Shown: positions 1-10,364, numbered from the stretch's first letter. The stretch is 64,000 bases of DNA from Patescibacteria group bacterium (GCA_038064835.1 JBBTSD010000001.1:170361-234360); one strand, 5' to 3'. Translations and numbers: made by a program. Notes: generated from the sequence alone by a model not told the origin.

Positions 1-245
1 TCACTTTTCCGTTTTGGAAAGTAGCTTAAAACAAGGGTATTTTAACGCTCACTTTCCAAAACTACTGGCGGGGACGATGCCCGGAACTTTGAACCGGAAA
101 CACGGCTCAAATTCGAGGATCTTGATAAAAGTATACAGAAACTAAGAGCAATCTACAAAGTTCACCCAGAGTGGTTTGAGGTGCCAAAACCAAGGTCAGA
201 TAAGGGCAAGAATGCAGTGGATTATTCCGTAAAATAAAAAGTTTA

Positions 246-767
246 CTAGAGCGGTGTTCTGAAAGAATTCAGCCAATTATCAAGGTCATTCATAGCATTT
301 CTAGTAGTTTCTTCAAATAATTTTTGGACTTCAATTCTTGAATTAAATGCTAGTTGATATTGAATAGCTCTCTTTTTCAAGGCGTCGATCATGTTAATAA
401 TATCTGTACCTGTTAATTGATTCTCTTCAAGAAAGGATTTTTTGTTTCGCATTACGGAAAGGTCATTATGGGCAATGATACTATTCCGCATATTGATAAT
501 TTTTTCAGAGATTTGATTTAACTCCTGACTATCAAACTTTCTTCCAAAATAATTCTCTTCAAGTAATTTTGCCAAGCCAAGTACAACTCCAGTCTCTAAA
601 CTGAGGAGTATAGTATTCCATGTAGCGGGATTCTTTTGGTAAACCTCGGTATTTACTCTTTTATGTAAATTTCCATTTAGCAACAATTGTCGATAAGTAA
701 ATAAAAGATCCCAAAATACATTTTCAAAGTCAGCTTGTTTTAACATTTTGTTTATTTTCAAAATCAA
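246..767 (-). CDS. HEPN-like protein (Rx4-6H motif RNSIIAH), paralog of the upstream overlapping gene; Abi-like, function unknown
   Basis: 173-aa ORF. Motif M-R-N-S-I-I-A-H-N-D matches the HEPN Rx4-6H signature. Alignable with ORF 730..1314 in the motif region and in the following helix. Overlaps the upstream gene by 17-38 nt depending on start (alt start 746). Confidence 0.5.
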   Translation of the reverse strand: MILKINKMLKQADFENVFWDLLFTYRQLLLNGNLHKRVNTEVYQKNPATWNTILLSLETGVVLGLAKLLEENYFGRKFDSQELNQISEKIINMRNSIIAHNDLSVMRNKKSFLEENQLTGTDIINMIDALKKRAIQYQLAFNSRIEVQKLFEETTRNAMNDLDNWLNSFRTPL

Positions 768-1314
768 TCAACATAATACAGTCCCACCATAATTTATCTG
801 CTTCTTGCAGCATTTGTTTAATTTCGGCTAAATCACCACCAAGATCTACCGGGGTATATCGTTCTTGTTCTTTCCCGACCGCCTTAATACGAGAAAAGTC
901 AGTTTGATAAAGACTCCTTAGTTTATCAATGTGCGCTTGGGAAAAACCTAACTTTAAAAAGTCTTTGTCGGTATGCGCAAATAATTTATCCCGGTTACTC
1001 TTAACTTTTCCAATGATATCTTTGTGGTCATCATACATTTTGTTAACCCTCTCAATAGTTTCTGGAAAGAGATTTTTAAATTTATCCAAACTAAAATGCT
1101 CATTTGAGGATTTACTATAAATCTTCCCTAAATGCATAATTATCGCGTACATGTAGACTCCCTCTACTGTCGGTAAGGACTTTTTTATTTCCGTATTTCC
1201 AAAGACTTTTTCAAATTCAGATAAAAACAGGTTTGTAACTGAAACCATCTCACTAAAATTACCAACCAGTTGAGATTGTTTTTCTTGTTCTTCCATAACT
1301 TTATTCATATTCAA
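730..1314 (-). CDS. HEPN-like protein (Rx4-6H motif RDKLFAH), paralog of the downstream gene; start overlaps guaA stop
   Basis: 194-aa ORF. Motif N-R-D-K-L-F-A-H-T-D. Start codon overlaps the 3' end of guaA by 14 nt (1301-1314), which suggests translational coupling. Confidence 0.5.
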   Translation of the reverse strand: MNMNKVMEEQEKQSQLVGNFSEMVSVTNLFLSEFEKVFGNTEIKKSLPTVEGVYMYAIIMHLGKIYSKSSNEHFSLDKFKNLFPETIERVNKMYDDHKDIIGKVKSNRDKLFAHTDKDFLKLGFSQAHIDKLRSLYQTDFSRIKAVGKEQERYTPVDLGGDLAEIKQMLQEADKLWWDCIMLIDFENKQNVKTS

Positions 1315-2848
1315 TGGTCGCAGGTGGCTTTTGAGTAATATCGTAAAGTACTCGATTTACTCCTCTCACCTTACCGATAATCGCGTTGGAGATTTTTTCC
1401 AGCAGCTCGTTCGGGATTTTGTGCCAATCGGCACTCATACCATCTATCGAATCAACTGCACGGAGCGCAATGACATATTCATAGGTTCGGCCGTCGCCCA
1501 TAACTCCAACCACCTTAACCGGTAGCAGTGCGGCAAAAGCTTGCCAAATCTTTTCGTATTCTCCAGCTTTACGTAGCTCCTCGATAAACACTGCGTCGGC
1601 TTCGCGAAGTATTTGGAGCCGATCTTCGGTAATTTCTCCGACAATACGAACAGCAAGCCCAGGACCTGGGAACGGGTGTCTCCAAAGTAGCTCTCTTGGA
1701 AGTCCGAGAGTTAGACCTACGCGACGCACCTCGTCTTTGTATAAATCTCTTATAGGCTCAAGAATCTTAAAGCCCATCTTTTCAGGAAGAGTAAGATTAT
1801 GGTGGCTTTTAATTTTCGCCGCTGTTTTTGAAGTCGAAGCGGATTCTATACGATCGGGATAAATAGTGCCTTGAGCCAGATATGCGATTGTGTGATTCTT
1901 GAGCTCGTTCTTAATCGCCTTTTCAAATACTTCGATAAAACTATGCCCGATGATTTTACGCTTTTGTTCTGGATCAGAAATGCCCTTTAACCGTTTCAAG
2001 AAAAGTTGGCTTGCATCAATAACATGAAGTTGTTTGAAGCCATTCTTGCGCAAGTATGAAGCAACTTGTTCGACCTCTCCTTTACGCAGAAGCCCCGTAT
2101 CGATAAAAACTGCATGGAGACGATTGCCGATAGCTCTATGGATAAGCGTAGCGGCTACCAATGAATCAACGCCACCAGAGATACCTACTACAACATGTCT
2201 GTCTCCAAGCTCGCCTTTTACTTCTGTAATGATATTTTCAGTAACCGAGCTTATTTTCCAGTTTTTCTTAGCTTTGCAGATTGAGAAAAGGAAATTCTTG
2301 AGTAACTTTTCTCCATGCTGGGTGTGAGTCACTTCTGGATGAAACTGGATGCCACAAAAATTGCTCTTTGAAGCAGCAAAAGCAGCATACTTACAACTGA
2401 CCGTAGATGCTGTTTGCTTAAATCCTTTCGGTAATATCGACACTTGATCGCCGTGCGAGAACCAAACAATTTCTTTTGCAGAAAGTGTTTGGAAAATTCC
2501 TTTCTTATCTTTAATACTCAAGACCTCTTTGCCAAATTCTCGATGTTTGCCTTTGATGACTTTGCCGCCAAGCATGTGCGCCATGACTTGATGACCATAG
2601 CAGATACCAAGAACCGGAATACCGAGCTTGAAGATTGCTTTGTCCGCTCGAGGACTACCTTTCTCTAACACCGAAGCAGGACCGCCGGACAGAATGATAC
2701 CAACAGGATTGTATTTTTGTATTTCAGAAGCTGGAGTATCAAAAGGCAAAATCTCGGCTTTTACGCCGAGATCCCGCACGCGCCTTGCTATGAGGTGAGC
2801 AAACTGACTTCCAAAATTGAGGATTATGACCATAGTAGATAATATCAC
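1301..2848 (-). CDS. guaA: GMP synthase (glutamine-hydrolysing)
   Basis: 515 aa. N-terminal class I glutamine amidotransferase region (GICYGHQ) and ATP pyrophosphatase region (SGGVDS), with a C-terminal dimerisation domain. Full-length architecture. Confidence 0.95.
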   Translation of the reverse strand: MILSTMVIILNFGSQFAHLIARRVRDLGVKAEILPFDTPASEIQKYNPVGIILSGGPASVLEKGSPRADKAIFKLGIPVLGICYGHQVMAHMLGGKVIKGKHREFGKEVLSIKDKKGIFQTLSAKEIVWFSHGDQVSILPKGFKQTASTVSCKYAAFAASKSNFCGIQFHPEVTHTQHGEKLLKNFLFSICKAKKNWKISSVTENIITEVKGELGDRHVVVGISGGVDSLVAATLIHRAIGNRLHAVFIDTGLLRKGEVEQVASYLRKNGFKQLHVIDASQLFLKRLKGISDPEQKRKIIGHSFIEVFEKAIKNELKNHTIAYLAQGTIYPDRIESASTSKTAAKIKSHHNLTLPEKMGFKILEPIRDLYKDEVRRVGLTLGLPRELLWRHPFPGPGLAVRIVGEITEDRLQILREADAVFIEELRKAGEYEKIWQAFAALLPVKVVGVMGDGRTYEYVIALRAVDSIDGMSADWHKIPNELLEKISNAIIGKVRGVNRVLYDITQKPPATIEYE

Positions 2849-2899
2849 TAATCATTGGCCAAATGAACCTTATTTTACTTCGGTTCAAAGTTGCCAATC

Positions 2900-2990
2900 T
2901 GGCGGAGAGGGAGGGATTCGAACCCTCGGAACCCTTTTGAGGCTCAGCACATTAGCAGTGTGCTGCATTCGACCGCTCTGCCACCTCTCC
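2900..2990 (-). tRNA. tRNA-Ser (anticodon GCT), long variable arm, CCA encoded
   Basis: The reverse complement folds as acceptor GGAGAGG/CCTCTCC, anticodon stem GCACA/TGTGC with loop CTGCTAA, a long variable arm, and T-loop TTCGAAT. Confidence 0.85.
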
Positions 2991-3059
2991 GTTATTCATA
3001 TGTACTTTACATCGCTTCTGCCCGGCAAGTATAGCTGAACATACCCCATCGTGCACCTT

Positions 3060-3938
3060 CTACGAATCGAGTGTTGCGAGGAGGGCAAAGAGCCCTGTAA
3101 AGGCAATACAAGCCCCCAGGACTTGGTGCCTACTTAGTTTTTCGCGCCCCACAAAATAGCCTAAGAGTGCAGCAAGAACAATATAGCTTTCGCTGATCAT
3201 GACGGTGATAGAAATGGATATTATACTGGTAGCGTATGCATAGGAAATCCATGCCATGTTATCAAAAAAGGTCTGCGCCAGAATGATATAGGGGTGCGCT
3301 CGTATGTCCTGCATCAATGATCTCACCTCACCTCGCACTATGATGTAAACACCACACAGTGCCGCAAGCATCCCATGGGTTGCCCAAATAACAAACAAGG
3401 GCGACATGCTTTGCGAGTAGGTACCGATATAGAAATTAGTGAGTGCCGAGAGAAATGCGGAAACAAAGGCGAGAAGCACCCCTTTCTCGAAGATGTGCCT
3501 GTGATAGCGCAGGTTATCAAGGCGGGGTGTAGTTGCCAAAATAACACCTGCAAATATAGCAAAAAAGATAATAAACTGGTGCACAGAGAGCGACTCACCA
3601 TTCACAAATACTCCCAAGCCGACTGTGATGGGCAGTTCAAGTGCCACCACCGACTCAACGACAGAAATCTTCCCGCGCTTGAGTGCTTGGAAGAGGAAGA
3701 GTGCGTAGACAAAAATTATTCCACTCAGTAGTGCGAGCGATTGATAATCCTCGAAAGTTCGTACGGAAATCTCATCTCCAATAAAAGGAAAAAGAATCAC
3801 CGTCGAACTGATGCATATAAAGAAGAGTGCCTTGTAAATACCGATAATGCGTGTCGCTTTTTGAATGAAAAAATCGCCGAGACCCCAGCCAATCATCGCG
3901 ATACATGCATAGAGAATGCCTAGGTGCATTCTTGCCAT
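3060..3938 (-). CDS. EamA-like / DMT-superfamily membrane transporter
   Basis: 292 aa, about 10 predicted TM helices arranged as two EamA-like halves. Confidence 0.55.
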   Translation of the reverse strand: MARMHLGILYACIAMIGWGLGDFFIQKATRIIGIYKALFFICISSTVILFPFIGDEISVRTFEDYQSLALLSGIIFVYALFLFQALKRGKISVVESVVALELPITVGLGVFVNGESLSVHQFIIFFAIFAGVILATTPRLDNLRYHRHIFEKGVLLAFVSAFLSALTNFYIGTYSQSMSPLFVIWATHGMLAALCGVYIIVRGEVRSLMQDIRAHPYIILAQTFFDNMAWISYAYATSIISISITVMISESYIVLAALLGYFVGREKLSRHQVLGACIAFTGLFALLATLDS

Positions 3939-3959
3939 TGTACCAGTCTGTTAGAGAGA

Positions 3960-4478
3960 TTAGATGAGGCCTGTTTCTGGGCGCGATGAGGGAGGCTTGC
4001 TCCACGATGTATTAAATTGTCGTGATGGAGGTTTCGGTTTTGAAAGGTTCATGTCGGGCCGTGTTGGACGGGGGGTGAATGCCGGCGCGGTAATCAAGGG
4101 TTTTTCGGTAGCATGTGGAAGATTGATTACGACAGGTGCTGGGCGAGGTTCGAGTGTTGGAGTTTTCGCAATGACAATCGGCGGCGCATCTTCAGTAACC
4201 GCGGCCTTTCGTTCGATGGAAAGAAGGCGTCCAAGGAATGTACCAAGGACAAAAGAAACAAGAAGCATGATGAGGATTTCGCCCGCAGACCCTGAAAGCG
4301 TATAGATTTCGGCTACCGGCTGTTCAGTAACGGTGGAAATGGTCGTTTCGGCAGCTTGTGCGATGCATAGGTTGCGTACGCCACACAAAAACCAACCTGT
4401 AGAGATGGCCCCCCAGGCGAGAAATGTAATGAGAATGACGCCTACGGATTGTGGGGTACTAAGTCTTGGAATGGTCAT
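3960..4478 (-). CDS. hypothetical membrane-anchored protein with Pro-rich C-terminus
   Basis: 172 aa, two N-terminal hydrophobic segments then a P/T/S-rich tail. No recognisable family. Confidence 0.4.
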   Translation of the reverse strand: MTIPRLSTPQSVGVILITFLAWGAISTGWFLCGVRNLCIAQAAETTISTVTEQPVAEIYTLSGSAGEILIMLLVSFVLGTFLGRLLSIERKAAVTEDAPPIVIAKTPTLEPRPAPVVINLPHATEKPLITAPAFTPRPTRPDMNLSKPKPPSRQFNTSWSKPPSSRPETGLI

Positions 4479-4520
4479 AGGGGTTGAGTACGCCGAATAT
4501 ACGCGTGTTGCGGGGCGAGG

Positions 4521-5198
4521 TCAACCGGCTATGGCAAGTGCAAGTACGCGTAACCCTGAGGCCTCGAGGGTTCGGGCCGCTTCGTTCATGGTGGCGCCCG
4601 TGCTCACCACATCATCAATTAAATAGACTGTTTTGTATGGAAAAGGAGTATGCGTAGAAGAAACCGCGAAAGCGTCGGCAATATTTGCATAGCGGGCTTG
4701 TTTTGACAGTGTGGACTGTACCGATGTGTCGCGTGTTCGCACAAGCAAGTGCGCAATAGGCACCTCGGCATCTCGAAGCGCCTGCGACTGTTCCAAAATG
4801 CGATCGATTTGATTCTTGCCGCGCTCTACCAAACGCTTTTCTCCTAATGGTATGGGAACGCAAGCAATCTTTTCACTATATAAATGGTGGCGGTCCGCAA
4901 GTTCTTCATACAAAAAATCGTCGAGGAGACGCGCGAGCAACTGGGCGGCGGCTTCATCTTTATCAAATTTGAGAGCACACACCGCTTCACTGATGTGCGG
5001 GTCTTTGTATGTGCTCAATATAATGACATCTCTGCCTGAGCGCACTTCGGTGCGTATATGCAAGGGAAGTGTGCCTCGGGTACGCACTCGCCCAGCGCGT
5101 GCAGTTGGTGGAAAAAGTGCGTCTGCAAGCAGAGTGTCCACAAGGGTGCACCATCTACGCACATGCGCGGGGAGTTGCATAATGTTGGCATGATACAC
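4521..5198 (-). CDS. comF: ComF-family phosphoribosyltransferase (competence protein ComFC-like)
   Basis: 225 aa. C-terminal PRT motif VYLIDDVVSTGATM. Sits next to the type IV pilus block, as is common for competence loci. Confidence 0.8.
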   Translation of the reverse strand: MYHANIMQLPAHVRRWCTLVDTLLADALFPPTARAGRVRTRGTLPLHIRTEVRSGRDVIILSTYKDPHISEAVCALKFDKDEAAAQLLARLLDDFLYEELADRHHLYSEKIACVPIPLGEKRLVERGKNQIDRILEQSQALRDAEVPIAHLLVRTRDTSVQSTLSKQARYANIADAFAVSSTHTPFPYKTVYLIDDVVSTGATMNEAARTLEASGLRVLALAIAG

Positions 5199-5212
5199 TG
5201 TACATAAATACT

Positions 5213-6364
5213 ATGTCATCATTGGGTAACATGTTTGGGTCGTTGAGCTCCATGCTTTCAGGTAATGGCGGTACCAATAGCGTGTTGGGTATCGATATCG
5301 GATCGTCGTCGATCAAGATTGTGCAGTTGCGCACCAACAAAGAGAGTGCGATTTTGGAAACATACGGAGAAATCGCGCTCGGCCCCTATGCGGGTGTTGC
5401 TGTGGGCAAGGCAACCAAACTTCCTGTAGACAAAACAGCCGAAGCACTGAGGGATTTGATGAAAGAAGCAAATGTGACAGCGGTACACGCTGGCGTCTCT
5501 ATTCCATTTGCATCCAGCCTCATCTCCATGCTGGATCTTCCCAATGTGGATGATGTGCAATTAAAGCGCATGATTCCCATCGAAGCGCGGAAATACATTC
5601 CCATACCTATATCCGAAGTGCTTCTCGATTGGTTTGTGATCCCCGAGAGCGAAAAAGAAGACGACGCCTTTGACCGTGTCGTCAAGGAGGGTGTGATGCA
5701 AAAGAAGGGGCGTGAGGTGCTCTTGGTTGCAATCCATAATGAGGCACTACGCGCATACCAAACCATCATGGAGACGGCTGGAGTCTCGGTGTCGTTCTTC
5801 GAGATTGAAATTTTCAGCACTATCAGGTCGGCATTGGATCGCTCTCCTGTCCCTATTGCGGTGGTAGATATGGGCGCATCCACTACAAAGATTTACATCG
5901 TCGAGAGAGGGGTAGTGCACATGACACATCTTCTAAACATCGGTGCCCAACACATCACTGAATCGCTTGCCCGTGCGATGGGATGGACATTCGAGAAGGC
6001 CGAGCGTATGAAAAGAGAAATAGGACTAACTGATTCTCCCACCTACACGCGTGAGGAAAACGATCGTATCCATCAGACCATCGAGTCAACTTTCAATCGC
6101 ATGTTTACCGAAGTAAATCGCGTGTTGCTGAGCTTTGGCAAACGCTACAATAAAAATGTATCGCATGTGGTGCTTTCTGGCGGCGGTTCGTCCATGCCGA
6201 ATCTCAGCCGTACTGCACAAGACGGCCTTCATGCCGAGCTACAAATCGCACACCCTTTCGGCAAGGTTGAATCTCCGGCATTTCTCGAAGAAGTGTTACG
6301 CACCATTGGTCCTGGGTTTTCAGTCGCCGTTGGTGTGGCCCTGCGGAAACTTTCAGAGAAATAG
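5213..6364 (+). CDS. pilM: type IV pilus assembly ATPase-like protein PilM
   Basis: 383 aa. Actin-like ATPase fold signature VLGIDIGSSSIKIVQL at the N-terminus. First gene of the pil block. Confidence 0.85.
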   Translation: MSSLGNMFGSLSSMLSGNGGTNSVLGIDIGSSSIKIVQLRTNKESAILETYGEIALGPYAGVAVGKATKLPVDKTAEALRDLMKEANVTAVHAGVSIPFASSLISMLDLPNVDDVQLKRMIPIEARKYIPIPISEVLLDWFVIPESEKEDDAFDRVVKEGVMQKKGREVLLVAIHNEALRAYQTIMETAGVSVSFFEIEIFSTIRSALDRSPVPIAVVDMGASTTKIYIVERGVVHMTHLLNIGAQHITESLARAMGWTFEKAERMKREIGLTDSPTYTREENDRIHQTIESTFNRMFTEVNRVLLSFGKRYNKNVSHVVLSGGGSSMPNLSRTAQDGLHAELQIAHPFGKVESPAFLEEVLRTIGPGFSVAVGVALRKLSEK

Positions 6365-6482
6365 GAGTATCTCGTTCGCGGTTATATTTATCCCCTTGTG
6401 TGGATATCTGCATGCGTTTTGTATGGGATACTGTACCCATGTGCGTACGGATGATACCGAATAGCGGTGGCTACTTCACTAC

Positions 6483-7148
6483 ATGGAATCTCAAATAAAA
6501 TCATCGTTCATTCCCCGAGACACCGCACAATATGGCGGCGGTGGTTTTGCACGACACAAAAGCGGTGCATCAGATTTGTTCCTACTTTTCTCCATCGTCA
6601 CACTGGTCGCCTCAGTTGCCTTGGGTGTGGGCGTGTTTCTCTACGAGAAGTTGTTGTCTTCGACATTGACAGGCAAGAAACAGACGCTGGTGCGTGCGCA
6701 GGAGAGTTTCGAACCGACGCTCATAGCCGAAATGAATCGTCTCGATGACAGAATGAGCACGGGTGAGGATCTCCTTGAAAAGCATCTTGCGCCCTCCGTA
6801 CTCTTTCATACATTTGAAGAGCTAACGCTCGATACAGTTTCGCTACGGACACTTGCATACGAAATGACAGAGGGGGGAGAGATAAATCTCAAGCTAAGCG
6901 GACTCGCGCGGAGCGTGAACTCGATTGCGCTTCAGGCTGATTTGTTTGGAAAACATGGCGCCATCATTAGTCCTATATTTTCAAACATAAATCGTACCGA
7001 CGATGGGGTGAAATTCGACATGGTGTCGACGGCAAACCCAGGGAGTATGCGTTACGCAGGGTTGATACGACAGGCAATTGAGCAAGCTCCGGAGCTCCCG
7101 CCGGCAGAGGGTGAGTTGCCAGAGGAAATACCTGGATTTGCGCCATGA
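6483..7148 (+). CDS. pilN: PilN-like pilus assembly protein (single N-terminal TM)
   Basis: 221 aa, one TM helix after a short cytoplasmic N-terminus. Position between pilM and the pilO-like gene. Confidence 0.5.
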   Translation: MESQIKSSFIPRDTAQYGGGGFARHKSGASDLFLLFSIVTLVASVALGVGVFLYEKLLSSTLTGKKQTLVRAQESFEPTLIAEMNRLDDRMSTGEDLLEKHLAPSVLFHTFEELTLDTVSLRTLAYEMTEGGEINLKLSGLARSVNSIALQADLFGKHGAIISPIFSNINRTDDGVKFDMVSTANPGSMRYAGLIRQAIEQAPELPPAEGELPEEIPGFAP

Positions 7149-7747
7149 CAAAAATACTCGGTACAATTTTATCTCTCGTGATTGCTGGTGCAGTATTCTT
7201 CATCTACACCCAACCCGCCTATGTGCGTATCAAGGGTCTGCAGGCACAAGGTTCTGAATATGATGCAGCACTTCAAAAATCAAAAGAGCTTGCCACGCTC
7301 AAACAGTCACTTATTAGTCGGCTCAACGCGTTTCCCACGGAACAACTCGAGAGACTAGCAAAGCTGTTGCCCGATCATGTTGATAATGTGCGCCTGGTAC
7401 TCGATCTTGACAGTTTGGCAACGCGATATGGTATGGCTATACAGAATGTTTTGATTAGTCGTGAAGACGAAAAAGCAACCAAAGATGCGACCGTTATTGG
7501 TGCGCTAACCGACCAAAAAAAGAAACATGACTCACTCACTCTTCAATTTTCTACTCGTGCGACCTACGGCGACTTCGTGCGATTCCTCGAAGACCTCGAA
7601 TCAAGCCTTCGTATTGTCGATTTGGTTGGACTCAAAATTGAGCCAGAGCCGATCGTGCGCAGGAATGGTGAGGACCTGACTCTGCCCCCCGAAATCGAGC
7701 CCACCTATGTGTACAATATCGCTATTCGTACCTACTGGTTGAAATAA
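7145..7747 (+). CDS. pilO: PilO-like pilus assembly protein
   Basis: 200 aa, N-terminal TM plus coiled-coil. 4-nt overlap with the preceding gene. Confidence 0.5.
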   Translation: MTKILGTILSLVIAGAVFFIYTQPAYVRIKGLQAQGSEYDAALQKSKELATLKQSLISRLNAFPTEQLERLAKLLPDHVDNVRLVLDLDSLATRYGMAIQNVLISREDEKATKDATVIGALTDQKKKHDSLTLQFSTRATYGDFVRFLEDLESSLRIVDLVGLKIEPEPIVRRNGEDLTLPPEIEPTYVYNIAIRTYWLK

Positions 7748-7748
7748 T

Positions 7749-8114
7749 ATGCTTTCAATTATTAAAGAGAACAAAATAATCCTTGGCGTCGTGGTGCTTT
7801 TGATTATTGCTGCCTTGTGGTACGGAATTTCCGGAGGTGCATCAAAACCAGAGACACTTTTAGCAACTGATAATGTATCTGGCGCCGCCGCGGAACAAGA
7901 GCGGGCAATCCTCGACTTGATATTCCAACTGCGCGAGATTCAGCTTGCTGGCACCATATTTAATAACCCTGCGTTCATCAGCCTTCGCGATTTCCGGACA
8001 GAGATAGTTGCAGAGCCAATTGGGAGGCGCAATCCATTCGCACCACTTGATACCTTGTCGACTTCAACACCACCGCTCTCACCTCGAGAGCGTGGGTCGC
8101 TCCTGAGCGAGTAG
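7749..8114 (+). CDS. small single-TM protein, possible PilP-like component
   Basis: 121 aa, one TM helix. Located between the pilO-like gene and pilB. No motif. Confidence 0.35.
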   Translation: MLSIIKENKIILGVVVLLIIAALWYGISGGASKPETLLATDNVSGAAAEQERAILDLIFQLREIQLAGTIFNNPAFISLRDFRTEIVAEPIGRRNPFAPLDTLSTSTPPLSPRERGSLLSE

Positions 8115-8121
8115 TCTATGT

Positions 8122-9945
8122 ATGGTAGCAACAAACAGTGCGCTTGGGACGAATCCACTAGCTACAGCAGGCGCCGTTTCTGACGATGATATACACGGGC
8201 ACGATGGAGCACCCGAAAGGGCATTGGGTGAGACGAAAGTCCCTTATGATGTACTAAAATACATTCCGGAGACCTCAGCAGTACACTATCAGTTCGCCCC
8301 ACTTGGGGTTGTAGACGGTGTGCTTGAGGTGGGTATGGTAGACCCCGAGAATCTTGCGGCCATCGATGCGTTGAGTTTTATTGCACGAAAAACAGGTACA
8401 CCATTCAAGATATTTAAAATCACAGCCGACGACTTTGAAAAAATCAAAGTCATGTATCGAGGGATTGGAGGCGATGTTGATAAAGCACTTTCAGATCTCG
8501 AAAGTGAAAATCTTGCACAAAGCAAACAGCCAAAAGTCGATTCCCACGACGAAGTTGAAGAGAAAGTTGATTTGAGCGGTGGATTGGCTGCTGTGTCGGG
8601 CAAGGGAGGAGGGGGTGACCTTCGCGAAGATGCGCCCGCAATCAAACTCGTCTCCACTATTCTTCGCTATGCAATCGACGGCAAGGCATCAGATATTCAC
8701 ATCGAGCCCACAGCGAGTGGTGTGCGTATTCGGTATCGTGTCGATGGCTCGCTTCACACAAGTGTCGTGCTACCTATTGAAACCCATCGCGCGCTTGTGG
8801 CGCGTATCAAAGTGCTTTCGTCGATTCGACTCGACGAACGACGCAAGCCACAAGACGGTCGCTTCTCTGCTTCTATTGATGGTCGCCAAGTAGACTTCCG
8901 CGTATCAACATTTCCATCCTACAATGGAGAAAAGATAGTGATTCGTATTCTAGACCGCGAACAAGGCTTCATTCCTTTGAGCGACTTGGGATTCACTGAT
9001 CGGGCGCTTGCTTCGATTCGGAGTGCACTCAAGCGACCATACGGCCTCATACTTATATCTGGCCCGACCGGTTCTGGTAAATCAACTACTTTGTATTCAA
9101 TGCTCGCAGAAGTCGATCGCGAAACGCAGAATGTGCTTTCACTCGAAGATCCTGTCGAATATTATATGGAGGGTGTCATCCAATCGCAGATTCGCCCCGA
9201 AATCGGCTATACCTTTGCAAACGGTTTGCGCACCACACTGCGTCAAGACCCAAATGTCATCATGGTGGGAGAAATCCGTGACGGTGAGACGGCCAAGCTT
9301 GCTGTGCAAGCAGCACTCACTGGTCACTTGGTACTCGCCACTATTCACACCAACAGCGCGATTGGCACCATCCCACGCTTGATTGATATGGGTGTTGAGT
9401 CGTATCTGATTCCACCAACACTCGTGCTCTCGATGGCACAGCGACTCACGCGCAAGTTGTGTCCAGATTCCGGTGAGCCAATTCCCGTTTCGGAAAGTAT
9501 GCGGAGTATGATGGATGCACAAATGTCGACACTTGCGCCAGAGTACCGCATTCCTATCCCCGATTCTGTATTTGAGGCAAGGCGCACACCATCGTGTCCC
9601 AACGGGACACGGGGCCGTCTAGCTGTGTTCGAAGTGATGGAAATGACAGCCGAGGTGGAAAAAATTATTCTCAAATCACCAGTCGAATCTCGTATTTGGG
9701 CGGCCGCGCGCAAGCAGGGAATGATGAGTATGAAGGAAGATGCTATGATAAAAGCCTTTGCAGGAAAGATTCCGTTTGCTGAGGTGAGTGCACTGAGCGG
9801 AATCCTTCTTTCAGAAGAGGATGAATTCAAAGCCGATGTAGTGGTCCCGACAGCAGAGACAGTGAAAAGTGTCGTTGCTCCTGTACTTCAGGCGGACGCA
9901 AACGATACTCTCGAGAGTGATTCGCTGACAGCAGATAAAATGTAA
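8122..9945 (+). CDS. pilB: type IV pilus assembly ATPase PilB/GspE
   Basis: 607 aa. Walker A GPTGSGKSTT, Asp box, His box, and a tetracysteine motif region typical of GspE-family secretion ATPases. Confidence 0.9.
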   Translation: MVATNSALGTNPLATAGAVSDDDIHGHDGAPERALGETKVPYDVLKYIPETSAVHYQFAPLGVVDGVLEVGMVDPENLAAIDALSFIARKTGTPFKIFKITADDFEKIKVMYRGIGGDVDKALSDLESENLAQSKQPKVDSHDEVEEKVDLSGGLAAVSGKGGGGDLREDAPAIKLVSTILRYAIDGKASDIHIEPTASGVRIRYRVDGSLHTSVVLPIETHRALVARIKVLSSIRLDERRKPQDGRFSASIDGRQVDFRVSTFPSYNGEKIVIRILDREQGFIPLSDLGFTDRALASIRSALKRPYGLILISGPTGSGKSTTLYSMLAEVDRETQNVLSLEDPVEYYMEGVIQSQIRPEIGYTFANGLRTTLRQDPNVIMVGEIRDGETAKLAVQAALTGHLVLATIHTNSAIGTIPRLIDMGVESYLIPPTLVLSMAQRLTRKLCPDSGEPIPVSESMRSMMDAQMSTLAPEYRIPIPDSVFEARRTPSCPNGTRGRLAVFEVMEMTAEVEKIILKSPVESRIWAAARKQGMMSMKEDAMIKAFAGKIPFAEVSALSGILLSEEDEFKADVVVPTAETVKSVVAPVLQADANDTLESDSLTADKM

Positions 9946-9947
9946 TT

Positions 9948-10364
9948 ATGACCGAAACAACTTCACCACCTATATCAGGCACAAAGTACTCCATCCTACT
10001 TCTCGACGACGATCGATTCCTTCTCGACATGTATAGCAGGAAGTTTGCCCAGGAGGGGCACGCGGTGCAGTCTTGTTTTTCAGTGGCCGAGGCCCTTCAG
10101 CTTTTGCGGGGCGGACTAGCACCGGATGTTATTGTGTTCGACCTCATAATGCCTCAACAAGACGGTTTCGATCTCTTGCGTATCATGAGAGACGAAAAGC
10201 TTGCCCCAAAGGCAGTCAAAGTCGCTTTGACCAATCAGATGGCAAGCGAAGAGCGGAAAAAGACCGAAGAGTTGGGTGCTGATGAGTTCATTATTAAAGC
10301 CTCTGCAATCCCCTCAGAAGTGATGACACTTGTGGTTGCGGCAATCGCGCGCCATCAAAAGTGA
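9948..10364 (+). CDS. stand-alone response-regulator receiver (CheY-like REC) protein
   Basis: 138 aa. Conserved DD pair (LLLDDD), phospho-acceptor Asp context VIVFDLIMP, conserved T/K downstream. Embedded between pilB and pilT. Confidence 0.8.
   Translation: MTETTSPPISGTKYSILLLDDDRFLLDMYSRKFAQEGHAVQSCFSVAEALQLLRGGLAPDVIVFDLIMPQQDGFDLLRIMRDEKLAPKAVKVALTNQMASEERKKTEELGADEFIIKASAIPSEVMTLVVAAIARHQK

Noticed and set aside
1-245. Possible 3' end of an upstream gene at the window start
   Set aside because: Only short open stretches interrupted by stops in all plus frames. Nothing supportable.
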